From an uncultured Victivallales bacterium (GTDB taxonomy: Bacteria > Verrucomicrobiota > Kiritimatiellia > JAQICX01): a stretch of DNA of 38,496 bases. The position numbers and the translations under genes were made by a program. A model generated the notes under the pieces. The model searched no databases. It was not told where the DNA came from and saw only the letters and a list, made by a program, of their open reading frames with translations. Location of the stretch: the NCBI GenBank assembly GCA_964441455.1, contig CAYTUX010000145.1, forward strand, positions 1-38,496, given 5' to 3'. This document shows positions 1-10,757 of the stretch, piece by piece (position 1 is the stretch's first letter; each line of letters opens with the position of its first letter).

Positions 1-50
1 ACCCCTCCGTCCTCGCAAGCTCGGACACCTCCCCTAAACAGGGGAGGAGC
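1..50 (-). repeat. Palindromic intergenic repeat module (CCCCTCCGTCCTCGCAAGC...CCTCCCCTAAACAGGGGAGG), possibly truncated by the window edge
   Basis: Its reverse complement matches 33812-33861 nearly base for base, and also the split copy at 26405-26420/26501-26530. It contains an internal hairpin CCTCCCCT-AAAC-AGGGGAGG. Confidence 0.85.
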
Positions 51-159
51 ACTTTGGATCTGGTGGTGAGCGGGGGGGATAGGAAGAAGGAAAGAGGAAG
101 GGGAGATTTTTTGTTTTTCGGGAAAGAATTTTTTAAATATAAAATAAAGGAATTAAACA

Positions 160-1836
160 ATGAATAGTGATATAATTACAAAAGGATTAGAGCGGGCACC
201 TCATAGAAGTTTATTTAGAGCTACAGGTATGAAAGATGAAGATTTCAAGAAGCCGTTGATTGGAGTTTGCAACTCATTTAATCAGGTAATCCCGGGCCAT
301 GTACATCTTGATAAAGTTGCAAAAGTTATAAAGAAAGCAATTATTAAAGCCGGCGGGTATCCACTAGAATTTAACATGCCAGGTGTATGTGATGGTATTG
401 CAATGGGGCATGGAGGGATGAAGTTTTCTCTTCCAAGTCGCGAGTTGATTGCAGACAGTGTTGAAACAGTAGTCAAGGCTCATCCGTTTGACGCATTGGT
501 ATGTATTCCAAATTGTGACAAGATTGTACCGGGAATGTTGATGGGAGCATTGCGTTGTAACATACCTGCAATAATGGTCAGCGGCGGACCAATGGCTGCG
601 GGTCACACTAAAAGCGGGAAGGCAATAGATCTGGTCAGTGTTTTTGAAGCCGTTGCAGAGCGTAATGATGGAAAGATTTCAGAAAAGCAACTGTATGAGA
701 TTGAGTGTGCAGCCTGTCCGAGTGCAGGATCTTGTTCCGGAATGTTTACCGCAAACTCAATGAATTGTCTTTGTGAAGCACTTGGCATGGCGCTTCCCGG
801 CAATGGAACGACTTTGGCACTAACGGAAGAGAGAGATGATTTGTATAAAAAAGCCGGTCGAATAATTGTCAAGATGGCAAAAGAGGGCGGTCCTTTACCC
901 AAAGATGTTGTTACATTGAAGTCTTTAGATAATGCATTTGCCACAGATATGGCTATGGGTGGGAGTACGAACACAGTTTTGCATGCATTAGCAATTGCAG
1001 ATGAAGCAGGAGTCAAATATGATCTAAATAGAATCAATGAAATTTCCAAGAAATGTCCCAACATCTGTAAAGTAGCACCGTCGAGTTCTTATCATATTGA
1101 AGATGTTCATAAAGCAGGAGGAATCAGTGCGATTATGAATGAAATTTCAAAGATTCCCGGAATTATTAATTTAAGCTGTAAAACCGTATCGGGCAAAACA
1201 ATTGGAAAGACAATTAAAGAAGCCCGGATTTTAGATGACAAAGTTATTCACAGGTTAGATAATGCTTATTCCAAAGATGGCGGTTTAACTATTTTATTCG
1301 GCAATCTTGCTGAAGAGGGAGCTGTTGTTAAGAAGGCCGGAGTTGCCAAGAGCATGCTTGAGTTTACCGGAACTGCAATTATATATGATTCACAGGATGA
1401 TGCCTGCAAAGGGATTCTTGCAGGGGAAGTTAAGTCCGGCAACGTTGTTGTAATCCGTTATGAGGGTCCAAAGGGTGGTCCGGGAATGCAGGAAATGCTT
1501 GCTCCTACATCATATATAATGGGGCAGGGGCTTGGTGAATCAGTTGCACTAATTACAGATGGTCGTTTTTCAGGGGGAACGCATGGTGCATGTATCGGTC
1601 ATGTTTCACCTGAAGCAGCAGAAGGCGGTATGATTGGATTGCTCAAGAATGGTGATAAGATTTCCATCAACATCAATCAGCGTTCAATCAAAGTTCTTGG
1701 TTTGTCTGAAGAAGAGTTGGCGGACCGTAGAGCAGCTCTTAAACCATTTGTTCCAAACAATCCAAGTCGTTGGCTGCGTAGATATTCAAAGTTTGTTCAG
1801 AATGCATCCACAGGTGCAGTTCTTTGTGAAGAGTAG
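160..1836 (+). CDS. ilvD: Dihydroxy-acid dehydratase
   Basis: 558 aa. Motifs [64 protein letters not shown]-like AAGGAA upstream. Confidence 0.97.
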   Translation: MNSDIITKGLERAPHRSLFRATGMKDEDFKKPLIGVCNSFNQVIPGHVHLDKVAKVIKKAIIKAGGYPLEFNMPGVCDGIAMGHGGMKFSLPSRELIADSVETVVKAHPFDALVCIPNCDKIVPGMLMGALRCNIPAIMVSGGPMAAGHTKSGKAIDLVSVFEAVAERNDGKISEKQLYEIECAACPSAGSCSGMFTANSMNCLCEALGMALPGNGTTLALTEERDDLYKKAGRIIVKMAKEGGPLPKDVVTLKSLDNAFATDMAMGGSTNTVLHALAIADEAGVKYDLNRINEISKKCPNICKVAPSSSYHIEDVHKAGGISAIMNEISKIPGIINLSCKTVSGKTIGKTIKEARILDDKVIHRLDNAYSKDGGLTILFGNLAEEGAVVKKAGVAKSMLEFTGTAIIYDSQDDACKGILAGEVKSGNVVVIRYEGPKGGPGMQEMLAPTSYIMGQGLGESVALITDGRFSGGTHGACIGHVSPEAAEGGMIGLLKNGDKISININQRSIKVLGLSEEELADRRAALKPFVPNNPSRWLRRYSKFVQNASTGAVLCEE

Positions 1837-1990
1837 TCGAGCAGAATTAGGTTAATTTAAACATTTTCTGGTTCTTGTTTTTAAATCAGGGCAGTGTAGG
1901 GGGGGGGCTATCAGCCGAAAAAACTTCCTTTCACAGAACAGACACTGCATTGCGAAAGATTCATGGCTGAAGTTGTTTGATTGGAATAGT

Positions 1991-2018
1991 GTAGAGGCGA
2001 CACATGTGTCGCCCGTAC
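1991..2018 (+). repeat. GTAG-type REP element
   Basis: GTAG followed by the palindrome GGCGACACATGTGTCGCC. Near-identical copies at 8312, 31062 and 33715. Confidence 0.85.
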
Positions 2019-2042
2019 AAGAAGATTTTTTGTAATAATAGA

Positions 2043-3320
2043 ATGAAGAAAGTTACATTTAAAACATTTGGTTGCCGACTCAATCAGGCAGAGACAGCCT
2101 TAATGCAATCTCAATTCAAGTCATTCGACTACGAAATTGTTGATGATTTCAGAGCATATGCTGATGTATATGTGATTCACACATGTACAATAACAGGAAA
2201 TGCGGAAAAATCCTGTATTCAGGTTGCACGATCCAAAAAGCGTAAGCATCCGGATTCCATAGTTGTTCTTGCGGGGTGTGCAGTTGAGGTAAATCGAGAT
2301 GAGATACTTCAAAAGACAGGAGCAGACTTTGTATTTGATCAATCCGAAAAATATATGATGCCTCAACTGATAGAGTCATTGCCTTTGGAAGAGAACAGAG
2401 TTCTTCCATATTTTCTTTCAACTCGTGCATCAATAAAAGTTCAGGATGGATGTAATTTCTTTTGTTCATACTGCATTGTTCCATATACACGAGGGAAGCC
2501 CAGAAGCAGAGCGATTTCTGAGATTATTGATGAAGCAAGGTTCTTTGCCGATAGTGGTTTCAAAGAGATTGTTATTACCGGTGCGAATATTGGCTGCTAT
2601 AACGATGGAGGCAAAAAGCTTGCTGATATAATTCAGGAGATTGAGAAGATTGATTTAATAAAGCGGATTCGTATAAGTTCCATTGAATTATCTACCACCG
2701 AGAAAGATATTATAGACCTTATGGCTGATTCAGAAAAACTTTGTAATTACTTACATTTTCCGCTTCAATCCGGAGATAATAATATTTTAAGATCCATGCA
2801 TCGTCACTACACCAGAGAAGAGTATTGCAGTATGGTTGAGTATGCACTGAAAAAAATACCTATGATCGGTTTAGGTGCAGATGTGATTACAGGATTGCCC
2901 GGAGAAGATAAAAATGCATTTTTTAACACTTATGACTTGATTAATTCTTTCCCATTTAGTAATTTACATGTTTTCCCATACAGTATGAGAAGAGGAACCA
3001 AAGCGGCAGAAATGCCGAATCAGGTTCCGGGAAATATTTCAAAAGAGAGAACCTTGAAGCTAATTGAGCTTGGTGATAAAAAACAATTGCAATATGCAGG
3101 AAATTTGGTATCATCAGGAAGAGATGTTGAAGTTCTGATTGAAGAGTTTGACAAAGACGGCAATGGTATTGGTTGGACAGGGGAGTATAATAAGGCTAAA
3201 GTATTGAAAAACATAGGTTTTATGCCGGAGAAGAATACTATTATAAAAGGGAATGTTGATAAATTTGAAGATTCAAAACTTATAATTAATTCAGGAGTTA
3301 AAATAGATGAAGTGGAGTAA
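2043..3320 (+). CDS. mtaB: tRNA t6A37 methylthiotransferase (radical SAM, MtaB type)
   Basis: UPF0004 N-terminus TFGCRLNQAE/HTCTIT/AGC, radical SAM motif QDGCNFFCSYC, HVFPYS, C-terminal TRAM-like region. Start placed at ATG 2043 (MKKVTFKTFGC) because the track start at 2004 lies inside the REP. Confidence 0.88.
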   Translation: MKKVTFKTFGCRLNQAETALMQSQFKSFDYEIVDDFRAYADVYVIHTCTITGNAEKSCIQVARSKKRKHPDSIVVLAGCAVEVNRDEILQKTGADFVFDQSEKYMMPQLIESLPLEENRVLPYFLSTRASIKVQDGCNFFCSYCIVPYTRGKPRSRAISEIIDEARFFADSGFKEIVITGANIGCYNDGGKKLADIIQEIEKIDLIKRIRISSIELSTTEKDIIDLMADSEKLCNYLHFPLQSGDNNILRSMHRHYTREEYCSMVEYALKKIPMIGLGADVITGLPGEDKNAFFNTYDLINSFPFSNLHVFPYSMRRGTKAAEMPNQVPGNISKERTLKLIELGDKKQLQYAGNLVSSGRDVEVLIEEFDKDGNGIGWTGEYNKAKVLKNIGFMPEKNTIIKGNVDKFEDSKLIINSGVKIDEVE

Positions 3321-5019
3321 TACAATTGTTCCCACACTACGAGATAATCCTCAGGAAGCAGAGATTCCGAGTCATCAGCTGATGTTGAGAGCGGGTTTAT
3401 TGAGAAAGCTTTCCGGGGGGTTATATACATTTATGCCATTAGGATTCAAGGCATTAAAGAAAGTAGAAAAGATTGTCAGAGAAGAGATGGATGCAGCCGG
3501 GGCATTAGAGATTCTTATGCCGGCACTTCAGCCGAAAGAAATCTGGGAGCAGTCAGGTCGCTACGAGAAGATGTCTAAGGCGATGTACAGTGTTCATGAC
3601 AGGCAGGGAAGAGAGATGGAGTTAGGTCCTACACATGAAGAAGTTATTACAGATTTAGTTTCGAGAGAGATAAGCTCTTACAAACAGATGCCTATAACAT
3701 TTTATCAGATTCAGACAAAATTCAGAGATGAGATTCGTCCACGTTTCGGTTTAATGAGAGCCAAAGAATTTATAATGAAAGATGCCTATAGTTTTGATTC
3801 GAGCTGGGATGAAGCAGACAGCAGTTACAAAAAAATGTATGATGCATACACAAGAATTTTTCAAAGATGCGGTCTTGTTGTCAAGCCGGTAGAGGCAGAT
3901 ACGGGGGATATGGGAGGTAGCTGGTCGCACGAATTTATGGTTCTTGCGGATTCGGGGGAAGATGGGATTATTGAATGTTCCAGCTGTACATATGCAGCCA
4001 ATGCAGAGAGAGCAACATTCAGATACATTCAAGCTGAGCAGTATGAGGGTTCGGATAAGGCATTAGAAGAAGTTCATACGCCCGGAGTAAAGACAATTAA
4101 AGAAGTTGCATCATTTTTGAATTGTGAAGAGCGGCGTTTAATAAAAACACTGATTTACAAAGCAGATGAAGAAACTGTTGCAGTTCTTCTTCCCGGAGAC
4201 CGGGAGATTAACGAGACCAAGCTTGGTCATCTTTTAGAAGCAAATGAATTTGCATTGGCAGATGATGCGACAATTGAGGCGGTTACAGGTGCAGAGACAG
4301 GTTTTGCCGGACCAATTGGTTTGGACATTCCAATTTATGCAGATGTTGCGCTTAAAGGAGTTTCAGGAGCATATACAGGAGCCAACAAGAGTAATTTTCA
4401 TTATGCAAATGTTAATTTAGAGCGGGATGCCAAAGTTGATAAGTACGAAGATTTATGTTTGGCGACATCAGGGGACAAGTGTCCTGAATGTGGCGAGTCA
4501 TTAAACGAATGTCGTGGTATTGAGGTTGGTCATGTTTTCAAGCTTGGTGACAAATATTGCAGGAGTTTTAACGCGACTTTTTCTGATGAAAACGGCAAAG
4601 AGCAAGTGATAACAATGGGGTGTTACGGGATTGGTGTTACCAGGACACTTCAGGCAATAATTGAGCAGAGTCATGATGAAGATGGAATTATCTGGCCTAT
4701 GTCTGTTGCACCATATGCAGTTGATATTGTTATTGTTAATTTAAAGCATGAAGAGAGTATAAAAATTGCAGAAGAGCTTGAGAGACAACTTCAGGAAGAT
4801 GGAATTGATACAATTGTTGACGACAGAAGAGATAGAGCCGGGGTAAAATTCAAAGATGCAGATTTGTTAGGATTTCCAATAAGAGTAGTTATTGGTCAAA
4901 AATCATTAGATAATGGAAAAATAGAGATAAAGGTTCGAAATCAGGAAGATTCCGAATTAATAGATATTGATCAGGCGTTGTTAAAAATAAAAAAAATATA
5001 TAGGAGTTATATACAATGA
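3307..5019 (+). CDS. proS: Proline--tRNA ligase (bacterial type with editing insertion)
   Basis: PTLRDNPQEAEIPSHQLMLRAG, GPTHEE, KFRDEIRPRFGLMR, GIEVGHVFKLG, MGCYGIG, anticodon domain GVKFKDADLLG. Overlaps the end of mtaB. Confidence 0.97.
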   Translation: MKWSNTIVPTLRDNPQEAEIPSHQLMLRAGLLRKLSGGLYTFMPLGFKALKKVEKIVREEMDAAGALEILMPALQPKEIWEQSGRYEKMSKAMYSVHDRQGREMELGPTHEEVITDLVSREISSYKQMPITFYQIQTKFRDEIRPRFGLMRAKEFIMKDAYSFDSSWDEADSSYKKMYDAYTRIFQRCGLVVKPVEADTGDMGGSWSHEFMVLADSGEDGIIECSSCTYAANAERATFRYIQAEQYEGSDKALEEVHTPGVKTIKEVASFLNCEERRLIKTLIYKADEETVAVLLPGDREINETKLGHLLEANEFALADDATIEAVTGAETGFAGPIGLDIPIYADVALKGVSGAYTGANKSNFHYANVNLERDAKVDKYEDLCLATSGDKCPECGESLNECRGIEVGHVFKLGDKYCRSFNATFSDENGKEQVITMGCYGIGVTRTLQAIIEQSHDEDGIIWPMSVAPYAVDIVIVNLKHEESIKIAEELERQLQEDGIDTIVDDRRDRAGVKFKDADLLGFPIRVVIGQKSLDNGKIEIKVRNQEDSELIDIDQALLKIKKIYRSYIQ

Positions 5020-5297
5020 CAAAAAGAGATATAGTGGTGAAAATCGCAAAAGATACCGGGTTGATTCAGGAAGATGTACAATTAGTTGTCCAGCAGCTGC
5101 TTGACAATATTACAGCTGCTCTTGTTGATGGAGAGCATATTGAATTTAGAGATTTCGGTGTATTTGAAGTTGCAGTAAGAAAATCAAGAGTTGGTCGTAA
5201 TCCACGCAAGCCGGATTCAGAAGTAGTAATTCCGGATCGTAAAGTTGTTAAGTTCAAGCCCGGCAAAAAGATGAAAGAGCTTGTAGTAAAAAGCTAG
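5016..5297 (+). CDS. HU/IHF family DNA-binding protein
   Basis: MTKRDIV..., FGVFEV, GRNPR, VVKFKPGK. ATGA-type 4-nt overlap with proS. Confidence 0.93.
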   Translation: MTKRDIVVKIAKDTGLIQEDVQLVVQQLLDNITAALVDGEHIEFRDFGVFEVAVRKSRVGRNPRKPDSEVVIPDRKVVKFKPGKKMKELVVKS

Positions 5298-5299
5298 AG

Positions 5300-6571
5300 A
5301 TGGGCAATACTATATCATACAATCCACCGCGCGGCATGCGAGATTTTTATCCTGAAGAGATGGCAGTAAGAAATTATATTTTTGATGCCTGGCGTCAAGC
5401 AGCCACCGAATTTGGTTTTTTACAATACGATTCATGTGTTGTAGAGTCACTTGATTTACTTACACGTAAATCAGGTGAAGAGATTATAGACCAGATTTAT
5501 GCATTTAAAGACAAAAGTGATCGTAATTTAGCTTTACGTCCGGAGATGACTCCAACGCTTGCAAGGATGATAGTGAACAGACAAGGTTCACTATCCTTTC
5601 CTGTAAAATGGTTTGCATTAGCACAATGTTTCAGATACGAACGCATGACTAGAGGTAGAAAGCGTGAACATTATCAGTGGAATCTTGATATAATAGGCGA
5701 AGAGAGTGTATCAGCAGAAGCAGAAGTGATTGCAGCTGCAGTAAGAGGACTTGAGCTGCTTGGTTTATCTTCCGCAGAAGTTAAGATTCATTTCAGTTCC
5801 AGAAGATTACTAAGTGAGCTTTTAGCTGCGTTAGGTATTGACGAGAAATTTCATCAGGCGGCATTTTTAGCATTAGATAAAAGGGGAAAGATTTCGGATG
5901 AAGAGATTGTCAAGTTACTTCTTCATGAGGGAGTTTCCAGGGAAGGGACAGAACTGGTATTTGGTTTATTGAATATAGAGTCACTTTCAGATGTAGAGGC
6001 AATACTCAAAGAAGAGACCCCCGGACTTCTTAACTTAAAAGAGTTTATTAAATTGGCTAAAATATATAATCTTGATGATATTTTACAGTTTGATATTTCT
6101 GTTATCAGAGGATTGTCATACTACACCGGAATAGTTTTTGAAGGATTTGATGCAGCACATGATTTCAGAGCCATTTTTGGCGGGGGGCGTTACGACAATC
6201 TGTTAACTTCTATTGGAGGAAAGCCTCAGACAGCAGTCGGCTTAGGTTTTGGTGATGTTGTTATTACTGAAATTTTGTCAGATTCAGGTCGTTTTGCTCA
6301 TATATATCAGTCCGCAGATTATGCAGTTTCTTATATGGATGACGAGCAAAAAGATACAGCGGTGGAAGTTGCAATCAAACTTAGAACAAAAGGGAACACT
6401 GTTGACCTGGCACTTCATGCGGAAAAGCCAAAGAAATTTTTCAAGAGGTGCTCACAAGATTCTTTCAGCAAAGCAATTTTTATTGGATCTGATGATGTTG
6501 CGAGTCGGATTGTAAGGGTCAAAGAGCTTTCGACAAGGGAGCAAGTTGAAGTTAGAATAGAAGAATTATAG
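5300..6571 (+). CDS. hisS: Histidine--tRNA ligase
   Basis: PRGMRDF, LRPEMT, FRYER, RGLSYYTG, GGGRYD, C-terminal anticodon-binding domain. Confidence 0.96.
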   Translation: MGNTISYNPPRGMRDFYPEEMAVRNYIFDAWRQAATEFGFLQYDSCVVESLDLLTRKSGEEIIDQIYAFKDKSDRNLALRPEMTPTLARMIVNRQGSLSFPVKWFALAQCFRYERMTRGRKREHYQWNLDIIGEESVSAEAEVIAAAVRGLELLGLSSAEVKIHFSSRRLLSELLAALGIDEKFHQAAFLALDKRGKISDEEIVKLLLHEGVSREGTELVFGLLNIESLSDVEAILKEETPGLLNLKEFIKLAKIYNLDDILQFDISVIRGLSYYTGIVFEGFDAAHDFRAIFGGGRYDNLLTSIGGKPQTAVGLGFGDVVITEILSDSGRFAHIYQSADYAVSYMDDEQKDTAVEVAIKLRTKGNTVDLALHAEKPKKFFKRCSQDSFSKAIFIGSDDVASRIVRVKELSTREQVEVRIEEL

Positions 6572-6573
6572 TT

Positions 6574-6843
6574 ATGGCAGAGAAGAAACAGAAATTTGAA
6601 GATGCGATGAAAGAGTTGCAGAAAGTTACATCCGAGATGGAGAGTGGCGAGCTTTCCCTAGAAGAGATGATTCAGCATTTTGAGAGAGGTCAGAAACTTA
6701 TTAAAAGTTGTTCCAGCCAACTGAATGATATTCAGAAGAAGATTGAAATCATTACAAAAAAGAGTGATGGCAGTATTGTTTTAGAAGATTTTGAATATAA
6801 CGACAGTTCTGATGAAGGTCCCAGACAGGATACGTCGAAATAA
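6574..6843 (+). CDS. xseB: Exodeoxyribonuclease VII small subunit
   Basis: Pattern KFEDAMKELQKVTSEMESGELSLEEMIQHFERGQKL..C...L. Confidence 0.92.
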   Translation: MAEKKQKFEDAMKELQKVTSEMESGELSLEEMIQHFERGQKLIKSCSSQLNDIQKKIEIITKKSDGSIVLEDFEYNDSSDEGPRQDTSK

Positions 6844-6911
6844 TGGTTGCCGTTTAAATATGCGAAAATGAGAAAGATTTTTTTGCACTTACGGGAAGAA
6901 GAATTTAGAAT

Positions 6912-8300
6912 ATGAAATATATAAGTACATGCGGCGGCATTGAGCCTGTAAATTTTAAAGAAGCGGTTATGATGGGACTTGCCAGTGATGGAGGTTTACT
7001 TCTACCTGAAAACATTCCCTCGTTATCAGACAAACTGAATGATCTTTCAACGTTGTCATATTCAGATTTAGCGTATGAGGTTATAAGTCTTTATGCAACT
7101 GATATCCCGGCAGTGGATTTAAAACGCATCATTGACAGGAGTTATTCAACTTTTAGAGATGAAGAGGTAACTCCGGTAAGAGATGTGGCAGGGCTGCATA
7201 TTTTAGAACTATTTCATGGACCTACATTAGCATTTAAAGATGTTGCTCTGCAATTTTTAGGAAACCTTTTTGAATATATTCTGGAAGAGCAGGGGGGAGA
7301 GCTTAATATTATTGGTGCCACAAGCGGCGACACAGGCAGTGCGGCAATTCATGGTGTAAGAGGAAAAGATAGAATAAAGATTTTCATAATGCATCCTGAT
7401 AACCGAGTTAGTTCCGTTCAGAAACAGCAAATGACCTCGGTGCTTGATGATAATGTATATAATCTTGCTGTTGATGGAACTTTTGATGATTGTCAGGCAA
7501 TTTTAAAAGAGATTTTTGCTGATGTTGAATTCAAGTTGGAGAATTCACTTGGAGCAATAAACTCAATTAATTGGGCAAGAGTTCTGGCACAGGTTGTATA
7601 TTACTTTTACGCATATTTCCGGGTTAAAGAGAGTTCCGGTAAAGATATTGTGAGTTTTACAGTTCCCACCGGCAACTTCGGAGATATTTTTGCTGGCTGG
7701 ATTGCAGCTTCAATGGGACTGCCTGTTAAGAATTTAATTTTGGCATCAAACTCTAACGATATACTGTCAAGGTTTTTTAATACAGGAGAGTATAGAAGCG
7801 GAGAAGTCTGTTTCACACATAGTCCTTCAATGGATATACAGGTTGCAAGTAACTTTGAACGTTATCTATATTATCTTTTAGAACAAGATTCAGATAAACT
7901 TAAATTTTTTATGAATCAGTTTTCAGAAACAAGATCAATTAAGATTGACTATAATTGCATAGAAAAAAATGGTAAAATATTCCAAGCCGGTTGCGGTTCA
8001 AACGAAAACACGCTTGAAACAATAAAAAGTTTTTATGAAGTTACCGGTTATTTACTGGATCCTCATACAGCAGTTGGTGTTTATGTTGCGAGACAGTTTG
8101 ATGACGGTGAGACACCAATGATTTGTCTGTCTACTGCACATCCGGCGAAATTTCCTGAAGCAATAATTGAGGCTACAGGCAAGGATATTGCAACGCATCC
8201 TGAGATTGAAAAAATTAAAGACTATCCAACCGACTACACAGTTGTTGACAATGATACATTTGTTGTTAAGAATTTTGTGAAACGCAATATTAGGGCATAA
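6912..8300 (+). CDS. thrC: Threonine synthase
   Basis: MKYIST, GLASDGGL, PLP-lysine motif LELFHGPTLAFKD, ATSGDTG, NSINWAR, PTGNFG, SPSMDI, DPHTA, TAHPAKF. Confidence 0.96.
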   Translation: MKYISTCGGIEPVNFKEAVMMGLASDGGLLLPENIPSLSDKLNDLSTLSYSDLAYEVISLYATDIPAVDLKRIIDRSYSTFRDEEVTPVRDVAGLHILELFHGPTLAFKDVALQFLGNLFEYILEEQGGELNIIGATSGDTGSAAIHGVRGKDRIKIFIMHPDNRVSSVQKQQMTSVLDDNVYNLAVDGTFDDCQAILKEIFADVEFKLENSLGAINSINWARVLAQVVYYFYAYFRVKESSGKDIVSFTVPTGNFGDIFAGWIAASMGLPVKNLILASNSNDILSRFFNTGEYRSGEVCFTHSPSMDIQVASNFERYLYYLLEQDSDKLKFFMNQFSETRSIKIDYNCIEKNGKIFQAGCGSNENTLETIKSFYEVTGYLLDPHTAVGVYVARQFDDGETPMICLSTAHPAKFPEAIIEATGKDIATHPEIEKIKDYPTDYTVVDNDTFVVKNFVKRNIRA

Positions 8301-8311
8301 ATTTAAAAATG

Positions 8312-8339
8312 GTAGGGGCGACACATGTGTCGTCCGTAC
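8312..8339 (+). repeat. GTAG-type REP element
   Basis: GTAGGGGCGACACATGTGTCGTCCGTAC, 11 nt after the thrC stop. Confidence 0.85.
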
Positions 8340-8343
8340 GGGA

Positions 8344-8373
8344 ATGGGAATTATGGGATATATGGGAATTATG
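8344..8373. repeat. Short 9-bp tandem repeat (ATGGGAWWT x3.3)
   Basis: ATGGGAATT ATGGGATAT ATGGGAATT ATG directly after the REP. Confidence 0.7.
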
Positions 8374-8489
8374 TACCGCCTTAGCGGAAGAGAACAGGTT
8401 TTATTCTATAATTGTTTTGATTAAAATATTCATTGTCGAATGAAAATATTCTTCATCCTTAAAAAAAAAGAAATTTATAAAAAAATGTC

Positions 8490-8518
8490 TTGTTTCTAAC
8501 ATTGAATTTCAGTATACT
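8490..8518 (+). promoter_or_regulatory. Putative sigma70 promoter of the transporter operon
   Basis: TTGTTT (8490-8495), 17-nt spacer, TATACT (8513-8518), preceded by an A-rich UP-like tract at 8461-8485. Confidence 0.55.
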
Positions 8519-8694
8519 GCAAAGTTTAAATTAGCGAGAAATATTGTTTTTATTTAATTGTCTGATGGGTAGAAGGTTATGATGTATAACCGGTAATCAA
8601 ATGTTTGGATATAAACGTTTTTTTAAGTATGTAAAAGATTTTGATGTGTAAGGATTTTATTTTTGGGAATAGTAGAATAGGGAGTAGCAATTGT

Positions 8695-10740
8695 ATGTCG
8701 TTTAGATCAATCGTTTTAGGTTTAGTTTTAGCATTTTTGTTAGTGTTAGGAGGTCATTTTAATGATGTCTATATAGGTCAGACCTATATGGTCGGCAATC
8801 ATTTTCCTATTTTTATTATTGGGGCACTTCTTCTTTTTGTACTTTTTATAAATCCTATTTTAGGTTTGATAAAGAAAAGCTTATGTTTTTCTAAAGCAGA
8901 GCTTGCAATACTTGTAGTTTTACCATTAAGTGTAGCCGTTGTACCCGGTTCCGGTTTTTTAAGGACTTTCACACCGACTATTATTCTGCCGACAAATTAT
9001 TATAATATGACCCCTGCCTGGCAGAAGAACGACGCAATTTCATATTTACCGGAGAACTTAACAGTTAAGCTTACACCTCAAAATGAAGAAGCAGTTTTGG
9101 GAGGATTTCTTCAAGGTTCTGGTGATAAAGCATCGTTTAATGCAGTTCCATGGCAGGATTGGATTACACCGCTAAAAATATGGCTGCCTCTATTTTTTAT
9201 TGTAATGGTTGCTTTAATATGTTTTTCGATGGTGCTTCATCGGCAGTGGTCATCACATGAGCATTTAGTTTATCCTGTTGCCGAATTTGTGCAGTATATT
9301 ACAGTTGAAGATGATTCTTCCAAGCGAAAGTTTTTCAGAGGTATTACAGCTCAGAAGCTTTTCTGGTACGGGGTCATTCCTGTTTTATTGTTTCATGTTG
9401 TAAATGGTATACATGTTTGGTATCCGAATTTCATTCAAATTCCTCGCAGCCTTAATCTTAACGCCCTTCGCGAACTTTTTCCTAATTTAGCAGTTGTTAA
9501 AGACAACTGGACGATTTTCAAACCTGAAATATTCTTTACAGTAATAGCATTTGCATATTTTTTACCTTCAGATATCACACTTAGTCTTGGTACGACTCAG
9601 CTTATCGGAGCCTGGTTTTCAATTTTTCTGACCACTTATGGTATAACAGTTACAAACAAGTATTTTGGTGCCGGAGAGTATCAGGGATTAGCATTTGGTG
9701 CTTATATTGGTCTGTTCGGGATGATTTTGTTTAATGGCAGGGCATATTATTCCAGGGTAGCAATGGCTGCATTCGGTAAAAAGGATAAAGAAGAAAAGCC
9801 CTTAGAGAAATCATCGGTATGGGGATTCAGGATTTTCCTTATTGCGTCCTTTATTTCAATTGCACTTTTATCCAGCATTGGACTTGGTTGGTTTTATGCT
9901 GCCATATTAATGTTTTTATTTGTTCTTATATTCACGGTAATGAGCAGAATTTGTGCAGAGACAGGTCTATTTTTTATTCAGCCCAACTGGTTGCCTGCGG
10001 GTATACTTGTCGGATTTATCGGAGCTGCGGCAATTGGTCCAACCTGTCTTGTTGTCATGACACTAGTATCTATTATTCTTTGTGTTGATCCTAGAGAGTC
10101 ATTAATGCCATTTATTATTAATGCATTTAAGATTTCAGATAATGTTAAAGTTAAGCGATGTCCTTTGGGAGGAATTTTCATTGCACTTTTAGCAATTTCG
10201 TTGATTGCCGGAACAGTAGTTGTTTTATCTTTGCAATATGGTAAAGGAGCAGGTTTACAGGATGCATGGGCAACGCGAATTGTTCCACAAGAGGTTTTCA
10301 AACAATTTTCATCAGCACTTCAGAATATTTCTGCAGATGGAGTTCTTGATAAATCTATTAATATGGGTACATTTGAACGATTATCACTAATAAAGCCCAA
10401 CAAAACTTTTGTTGGTTTTGCAATTACCGGTCTGACATTCTTCCTTATATTTGCATTTTTGAGGATTCGGTTTTCAAAATGGCCATTTCATCCAATCATA
10501 TTCCTTGTATGGTTTTCTTTTCCTATTGCCATGTTTGGTTTCAGTTTTTTTGTTGGATGGCTTATCAAGACAATGATTGTAAAGCTTGGGGGCGGGGATA
10601 CATATCAGCGCAACAAAGCATTTATGGTCGGTATGGTTGCGGGTGATCTTCTTGGTGGATTAATTTTCATGTTAGTTGGTTACATTTATTATCTGGTAAC
10701 AGGTGACTCACCAATGAGATTTCAGATTTTTCCGGGTTAG
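8695..10740 (+). CDS. Polytopic membrane protein, DUF6785/DUF6784-like (OPT-related putative peptide transporter)
   Basis: About 680 aa with roughly 15 or more hydrophobic segments. Motifs VPWQDWITPLKIW, RQW...EHLVYP, WPFHPI, GWLIK..IVKLGG...Y....FMVGMVAGD recalled for this family. Start placed at ATG 8695 (AGGGAG upstream) rather than TTG 8641. Confidence 0.75.
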   Translation: MSFRSIVLGLVLAFLLVLGGHFNDVYIGQTYMVGNHFPIFIIGALLLFVLFINPILGLIKKSLCFSKAELAILVVLPLSVAVVPGSGFLRTFTPTIILPTNYYNMTPAWQKNDAISYLPENLTVKLTPQNEEAVLGGFLQGSGDKASFNAVPWQDWITPLKIWLPLFFIVMVALICFSMVLHRQWSSHEHLVYPVAEFVQYITVEDDSSKRKFFRGITAQKLFWYGVIPVLLFHVVNGIHVWYPNFIQIPRSLNLNALRELFPNLAVVKDNWTIFKPEIFFTVIAFAYFLPSDITLSLGTTQLIGAWFSIFLTTYGITVTNKYFGAGEYQGLAFGAYIGLFGMILFNGRAYYSRVAMAAFGKKDKEEKPLEKSSVWGFRIFLIASFISIALLSSIGLGWFYAAILMFLFVLIFTVMSRICAETGLFFIQPNWLPAGILVGFIGAAAIGPTCLVVMTLVSIILCVDPRESLMPFIINAFKISDNVKVKRCPLGGIFIALLAISLIAGTVVVLSLQYGKGAGLQDAWATRIVPQEVFKQFSSALQNISADGVLDKSINMGTFERLSLIKPNKTFVGFAITGLTFFLIFAFLRIRFSKWPFHPIIFLVWFSFPIAMFGFSFFVGWLIKTMIVKLGGGDTYQRNKAFMVGMVAGDLLGGLIFMLVGYIYYLVTGDSPMRFQIFPG

Positions 10741-10757
10741 AGTAATCGACATAAAAT

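Noticed and set aside
1896-1920. G9 tract (GTAGGGGGGGGGCTATCAGCC) as a phase-variation switch
   Set aside because: It is intergenic and not within a recognisable promoter spacer; more simply a decayed GTAG REP.
2004-2042. N-terminal extension of MtaB in the ORF track
   Set aside because: The ATG lies within the REP palindrome, and family homology starts at 2043.
2043-3320. Radical SAM enzyme as RiPP maturase for the PqqD-containing operon
   Set aside because: It has the UPF0004 + radical SAM + TRAM methylthiotransferase architecture, no SPASM domain, and is coupled to proS.
8601-8651. 16-codon ORF MFGYKRFFKYVKDFDV as a precursor peptide for the PqqD/RRE protein
   Set aside because: No RBS, no leader/core features, and a length expected by chance in AT-rich DNA.
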